Source: an uncultured Nitrososphaerales archaeon
Lineage (GTDB): Archaea > Thermoproteota > Nitrososphaeria > Nitrososphaerales > Nitrososphaeraceae
Assembly: GCA_963709405.1 (NCBI GenBank)
Contig: CAVPXM010000056.1
Location: 1-13,100 of the forward strand
DNA length: 13,100 nucleotides
Direction of reading: 5' to 3'
Part shown: in pieces, positions 8,553 to 13,100 of the stretch
How positions within the stretch are numbered: position 1 is the stretch's first letter
How the letters are laid out: the number at the start of each line of letters is the position of its first letter
Notes under the pieces: model-generated
What the model saw: the letters and a program-made list of their open reading frames with translations, nothing else
Database searches by the model: none
Told to the model about the DNA's origin: nothing
Program-made: the position numbers and the translations under genes

Positions 8553-9696
8553 ATGACATTTGCTTTGATAACAGGTACAAGGCCTGAAATAATAAAAATG
8601 ATTCCACTTATGAAATCGCTCGATTCGGAAGGGATTGATTACAAGTTCATCCATACTGGTCAGCATCATGATTTTGAATTATTCCTCAAATTTATTGAAG
8701 ACTTTAATGTTAAAATGCCGGATTATAATATCAATTTAACACCATCTTCTGGATCTATAGAACAACTTTCTGAAATGATATTAAAGATTGGCAGGATTCT
8801 AAAGGAACTCCAGCCATCGTCAGTAATAGTTCAAGGTGACACAAACAGTGTAGTTGCTTCAGCATTTGCTGCCGATAAAATCTAGAATTCCGCTAGTTCA
8901 TGTGGAAGCAGGATTAAGAAGCTATGATTGGAGAACACCTGAAGAGCATAATCGAAGAATAGTAGACCACATGTCAAATGTACTGTTCGCTCCTACTACT
9001 CAATCAGAAAGAAATCTGAGAAATGAGCAAGTTCAAGGAAGGATATTCATGGTAGGAAATACCATTGTAGATGCTGTGGAATTATGTATGCAGTTGATGA
9101 GTACTAAATATTGTTACAATCATAGTGATAAAGAGAGTATCTTAAATAAAATTAACTTAAAAATAGATCCAGCCAAATGTGTACTTTTAACTCTTCATAG
9201 AGAAGAAAATGTAGACAACCGCGATTCTTTAAAACAAATACTAAGCGCATTGGCTGATTCTGGTCTTCATTTTGTCTGTCCTATGCATCCTCGTACTGTC
9301 AAAAGGATTCATGAATTCGGTCTTGAGGATCTTATTTCGACTAGTATTAAGGTAATTGAACCGGTTGGTTATTTTGATTTATTAACACTTCTTAAAATAT
9401 GCAGATTTGTAATTAGCGATTCAGGTGGAATACAAGAAGAAGTGACTTCTCCACATATAAATAAACATGCTCTGATTTTACGTGACTCTACGGAGAGACC
9501 GGAGTCCATAGCATCTGGTCATACAATTATGTGTCCAATAGATTACAATGAGATTAGGATGTCAATTAGAAAGATTGAATTAGGAGAATTTCCAGCAACA
9601 CAAGATGTCTGTCCTTATGGAGATGGAAATTCAGCGCATAAAATAGTCGAAATACTGAAGAGCCCAATGATGCCCATAAAATGCAAAGTCGTATAA
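8553..9696 (+). pseudogene. wecB: UDP-N-acetylglucosamine 2-epimerase (non-hydrolysing), single +1 frameshift near 8874-8880
   Basis: Motifs GTRPEIIK, HTGQH, VQGDT, HVEAGLRS, PEEHNR, GNTIVDA, TLHREEN, DSGGIQEE, RDSTERPE and YGDG. Removing one base in GCCGATAAAATCTAG joins the two ORFs as AFAA(I/D)KSRIPLVHVEAG. Could be a sequencing indel. Confidence 0.95.
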
Positions 9697-9742
9697 CCAA
9701 GCCTATAGAAAATGATATGTTAAGATACGATACTTAAAGTAT

Positions 9743-9910
9743 ATGGATGGATGGATGGATGGATGGATGGATGGATGGATGGATGGATGGATGGATGGAT
9801 GGATGGATGGATGGATGGATGGATGGATGGATGGATGGATGGATGGATGGATGGATGGATGGATGGATGGATGGATGGATGGATGGATGGATGGATGGAT
9901 GGATGGATGG
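9743..9910. repeat. Perfect tetranucleotide microsatellite (ATGG)42, 168 bp
   Basis: Read directly; translates as (MDGW)14 from ATG 9743. Confidence 0.97.
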
Positions 9911-10296
9911 AGAGTTAGTTCGAGTCCCGCCAGTGTTGTCATATTAATTTATGCTATTTTTGCCATGGGAATATTTGTGTTTACAGACATGTTGTTACTG
10001 TATCTAACAAATAGAGTCATTGGAAAAAACACAAAGATAAGATATCTGAAGTATCAGATATAGAAACATATCAAACACCAGATTCTGAATTACCCATAAT
10101 ATTTATTCTTCTACCATCTTATGGAGAAGAAGTAACTCTCCCAGAACTAGTATAGTTAAAAGCATAGTCAACTTCGACTATCCAAAGGATAAGCTAGGCA
10201 TTAGGATATTATAGTTGGCCTGATGATTATCCTACTTTGAAAACTATAATGGCACTACCCAATCAATTCGATCTTGCTGATGGAATTAAAATATAA
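9743..10296 (+). pseudogene. N-terminal remnant of a cellulose-synthase-like family 2 glycosyltransferase
   Basis: TM helix [24 protein letters not shown], then across frameshifts DSELPIIFILLPSYGEEVTLPELV, KSIVNFDYPKDKLGIRI and PDDYPTLKTIMAL. This matches the LPxxxILxPxYxE...DYPxxKL...DD pattern of CESA-like GT2 enzymes. The DxD and QxxRW regions are absent. Confidence 0.85.
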
Positions 10297-10473
10297 TATC
10301 TACGGCCTACAATTATCCCTGATATTAATAAAATTACAGACACATCTTCGTTCCTTCCTTGCGTGCTTTCCACATCCATATATTTTAACTACTTTAATAT
10401 GTTCTTATATTAATTCAATATTGTTGCATTCATTCTCAAATATCTACGAGATTCAAATATGATACGAGGTAAG

Positions 10474-10540
10474 TTGTCGTATCTGTTGCATTAAGATATC
10501 CTATTGAAAAGTATTAGATAGGCCGTCCTTGAAAAGCAAA
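10474..10540 (-). pseudogene. Short degenerate copy of the GH26 nucleophile region, directly after the stop of the intact gene
   Basis: 10474-10493 matches 10726-10745 at 19/20 nt. Broken translation SRTAYLILF..GYLNATDT versus SKTAKLGIFEWGYGNATDT. Confidence 0.6.
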
Positions 10541-11713
10541 TTAGTTATCATAGTATGTCGATATGTATGCAGGAGTGGCAATTCCTTCTCTATATGCAGC
10601 CAGATTCTGCGGACTGGAATTTATTCTTCGATCATAAGGCTCTCCTGGATCTCCAATAACATGTTCGTTCCATACTTGTAATAATTTTATTCTAGGATAT
10701 TTTATTGGAATTTCAGCTAATGTTCTTGCCGTATCTGTTGCATTACCATAGCCCCATTCGAAAATGCCAAGTTTCGCAGTCTTTGAAATAGCTGCAAACT
10801 GAGCGTAGACTTCTTTAAGACTTCCTGCACATCCTCTCTTGTCATAGTCTCCATAACAACTTGTACCAACCCATTCTATGATATCATCTCCAGGGTACCA
10901 TTTGTAACCATTATTGTTGTCTGTAGCATCGACATGAAATGCCCATTTAACATTTGTTGCACCTTCTTCCCTGAAAAGGTTCACAATATGCCTGTATGCC
11001 GCCTTGTAAGGGCCTGGCCCCTCTTTGCTCCATGGAAATGAATTAGTGTTTACCTCTGGCCCGTACTCTATCAACAATTTCGTGCCAAAGCTTTTGGCTG
11101 CTTGTGCGTAGGTTCTTAACTCAGTGTCAAATATTCCTGCTATAATATTTTTATGAGTATATGGTCCTGCATCTGAAAGTTTGTCCCCTTGTCTAATCCA
11201 ATTTTGTATTCTGATAAAAGGAACAGCACCAGTAGTCCTGATGGAAATGCATTTATCAAGAGGAAAATGTATTCCATGAAACCAGTTGTCGCTAAAATAT
11301 GCAACACCTATCTTTTTTCCAGCCAGATTGTTAAAGGCATTTACCAAAGTTGCATTAGCATCTTCATTGCCAGATTCATCAACCATAGCCCCTTGTATTA
11401 TACCAGTATGAAGCCCTTGGGTTGAATTTATTTGCTTAATTGCCTTGGCTGCATTATCTAGACTGGATGCCTGAGATATTTGTATTTGTATTAGTTTTTG
11501 TTTTAAGGTATCATTATAATTATCAAATTTTACTATGTGGTCTGATATGTCTGCGATTATTAATTGATTCTTAACTCTTTCATGATCCTTATCATCAGCA
11601 TATACTATAGGAAGGTTCAAATTCAAATTTAAGATTATAAGTGATAAGATAATCATTGCCATTAAATTAACAGCTATTGCTCTTCTTTTGTGATTAGGGT
11701 CTCTCGTCTTCAA
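10541..11713 (-). CDS. Secreted or membrane-anchored glycoside hydrolase family 26 (beta-mannanase-like), 390 aa
   Basis: N-terminal hydrophobic signal. GAVPFIR, IIAGIFD, GPEVN (putative acid/base E220, 11054-11056), AAYRHIVNLFREEGATNVKWAFH, WYPGDDIIEWVGTSCY and LGIFEWG (putative nucleophile E319, 10757-10759). The true start may be the TTG or a downstream ATG. Confidence 0.88.
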   Translation of the reverse strand: MKTRDPNHKRRAIAVNLMAMIILSLIILNLNLNLPIVYADDKDHERVKNQLIIADISDHIVKFDNYNDTLKQKLIQIQISQASSLDNAAKAIKQINSTQGLHTGIIQGAMVDESGNEDANATLVNAFNNLAGKKIGVAYFSDNWFHGIHFPLDKCISIRTTGAVPFIRIQNWIRQGDKLSDAGPYTHKNIIAGIFDTELRTYAQAAKSFGTKLLIEYGPEVNTNSFPWSKEGPGPYKAAYRHIVNLFREEGATNVKWAFHVDATDNNNGYKWYPGDDIIEWVGTSCYGDYDKRGCAGSLKEVYAQFAAISKTAKLGIFEWGYGNATDTARTLAEIPIKYPRIKLLQVWNEHVIGDPGEPYDRRINSSPQNLAAYREGIATPAYISTYYDN

Positions 11714-12158
11714 TGCAACTATGGCGATAACTAGCTATTTATGACTATTATTTTTAACTGATAAATATCTACAAGTCATAGGATATTCAACAGTTCCAAA
11801 GTCTATTATTATGAACTGCAAATATGGATAGCTAACCTTATTCTCTCCTAGTTTTGTATACTAACATCCAAAAATACTAGGTGTTTTCCTTCAAGGGTAG
11901 ATAGTTTAACTTAAGCTAATAATGACGCTGCTGCTATCAATCACATCTTTATAGTCCTAAACGAACCCGACGAGGCCGTAAACAAATGCAGCAAACGATA
12001 GTGGTTTTAAAGCAGAAGAACTTCAGAATAGCCTAACAGACGATGCAGTAAGAGTAAAATGTCATGTATCTAAAAGAGAAGATGGCTCATCTTCTGATTC
12101 CTATTGTTACACAAGACACTTAAAAAATGACATATTAATATAATCAAGCCGAGAAAAT

Positions 12159-12233
12159 TTATGCTCTTGTTCCTCCATTGCTGCCTTTCAACTGTACTGC
12201 AGTATTGTATACCGCACTGATATTATAAGTAAG
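12159..12233 (-). pseudogene. C-terminal fragment of a third paralog of the 217-aa secreted protein
   Basis: LTYNISAVYNTAVQLKGSNGGTRA* versus PTYNMTVVYNTPVQVTSSNRGTTL* (intact) and PTYNLTAVYNVVVQLKG (left pseudogene). The 3' flank TAATATAATCAAG at 12136-12148 is identical to 6961-6973. Confidence 0.85.
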
Positions 12234-12257
12234 CTGCATTATAATATAGTAATAATT

Positions 12258-12782
12258 TTATTGTTCTATATCACTAGTACGAATAAAGTTCATTGATCCT
12301 CCAGGAACTGAAGTAGTTCTGGCTCTCGTTAACTTCATTGTTGCTTTAGATAGCTCAGATGATGGTATAACAAATGCGTTTCGTGCGGCCTTGATTATAT
12401 CCATAACTTTCAACATATTTTCTACTATTTTTTGTTCGTTACCATCATTGCTATTATTATACAAATCATGGAAATGGTGATGCATATCTTCAGGCCAATA
12501 AAAAGGCTTTTCTATTTGAACCCATTTTCCGGGCTTAAACCAGGAAACACCATTCAGATCACTTCTTTGAATTTCACCAAGTTGAATGGATTCATGTGCA
12601 TTAAACCAATCTTCAATCCTATCATCTACCCATCCGGTGAGCCTACAAAATAAAATATTTACATGTGAGGAATAAGATTCGCCCAGATAATCATATTTAG
12701 GATCATCCCACATCGGATCAAAATCAAATGTATCTCTTTGTTTTAAAACCCCAGTTTTTGGATCTGGTAATATTGTACTCAA
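12258..12782 (-). pseudogene. C-terminal fragment of a PvdP-like (type-3 copper, tyrosinase-fold) protein
   Basis: YDYLGESYSSHVNILFCRLTGWVDDRIEDWFNAHE...GEIQRSDLNGVSWFKPGKWV resembles, from memory, the CuB-region motif SSHVNPVFWxxHGWxDDRIEDWF of PvdP-like proteins. The expected His is Thr here (12636-12638), and the N-terminal part is missing. Confidence 0.7.
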
Positions 12783-13100
12783 TTGCTTTCACTATAGGCT
12801 GTGTCACAAAGAATGGGGAAGCAACTATTTTTCTAAATACCTCGACAGTTTTGTGCGAAGAATCTAATTTGAAGTTTATCATTCCGTTTCGTCCAGGCAC
12901 ACATATAATAGTACAATCATTTCACTCCTCGTTCCAGTACCTTATGGCTTTGATACGTGAATATCTATCACTTGCAATTGATTTTAATGCATCATGGATC
13001 CAAGCAGTCTTATTCCCTTGCGGAGGACCCTCTAGAACACCAAATCCGAAAATGGCAAGTGGTTTTTTAAGAGAGATAGCTCCAAGTTGAGGATATCCGG
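12724..13100 (-). pseudogene. 3' part of another GH26 paralog, with nucleophile Glu replaced by Gly and an in-frame TGA; runs off the window end
   Basis: GYPQLGAISLKKPLAIFGFGVLEGPPQGNKTAWIHDALKSIASDRYSRIKAIRYWNEE*...KLDSSHKTVEVFRKIVASPFFV aligns with YAQFAAISKTAKLGIFEWG...YPRIKLLQVWNE...INSSPQNLAAYREGIATPAYI. GGA at 13045-13047; TGA at 12922-12924. Confidence 0.85.

Noticed and set aside
9703-9947. ORFs encoding (HPSI)n on the minus strand and the 66-aa (MDGW)n frame
   Set aside because: By-products of a stop-free tetranucleotide repeat; no independent coding evidence.
11920-12143. Broken plus-strand frame (...NEPDEAVNKC / ANDSGFKAEELQNSLTDDAVRVKCHVSKREDG...)
   Set aside because: Protein-like but short, interrupted and unidentifiable.
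5244-12924. In-frame TGA codons (5244, about 6568, 12922) as possible stop-codon recoding or selenocysteine
   Set aside because: The region also has TAA/TAG stops, frameshifts and deletions in its pseudogenes, TGG is used normally, and TGA ends a coupled gene at 2922. Ordinary decay explains them.
10274-13090. Plus-strand ORFs 10274-10462, 11189-11425, 12432-12653 and 12728-13090
   Set aside because: The last three are antisense to GH26 or PvdP-like sequence. The first is hydrophobic but cannot be tied to the GT2 C-terminus.

Overview
AT-rich archaeal-type accessory region. Gene families and TATA-box promoters suggest a soil ammonia-oxidising archaeon (Nitrososphaeraceae); this is an inference. 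Most of the window is pseudogenes that the ORF track misses, and two systems are interleaved. (1) A repeatedly duplicated, decaying putative exopolysaccharide module: frameshifted wecB (8553-9696), a truncated cellulose-synthase-like GT2 whose start codon is the first unit of a perfect (ATGG)42 tract (9743-10296), an intact secreted GH26 hydrolase (10541-11713) with three degraded paralogous pieces (1-400, 10474-10540, 12724-13100), and an intact 217-aa secreted protein (6982-7635) with two degraded paralogs (425-1081, 12159-12233), each upstream of a GH26 copy. (2) A defective, divergently organised integrated element (about 2758-6580) with an HTH gene coupled to a terminase-large-like N-terminus, a shattered AAA+ ATPase and a second HTH remnant, fused by deletion to a truncated IS5-family element (1921-2757). 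A C-terminal fragment of a PvdP-like tyrosinase (12258-12782) and three regularly spaced operator-like boxes (8022-8095) are also present. No tRNA, rRNA, CRISPR array or integrase was seen. Family assignments come from motif recognition, not database searches.
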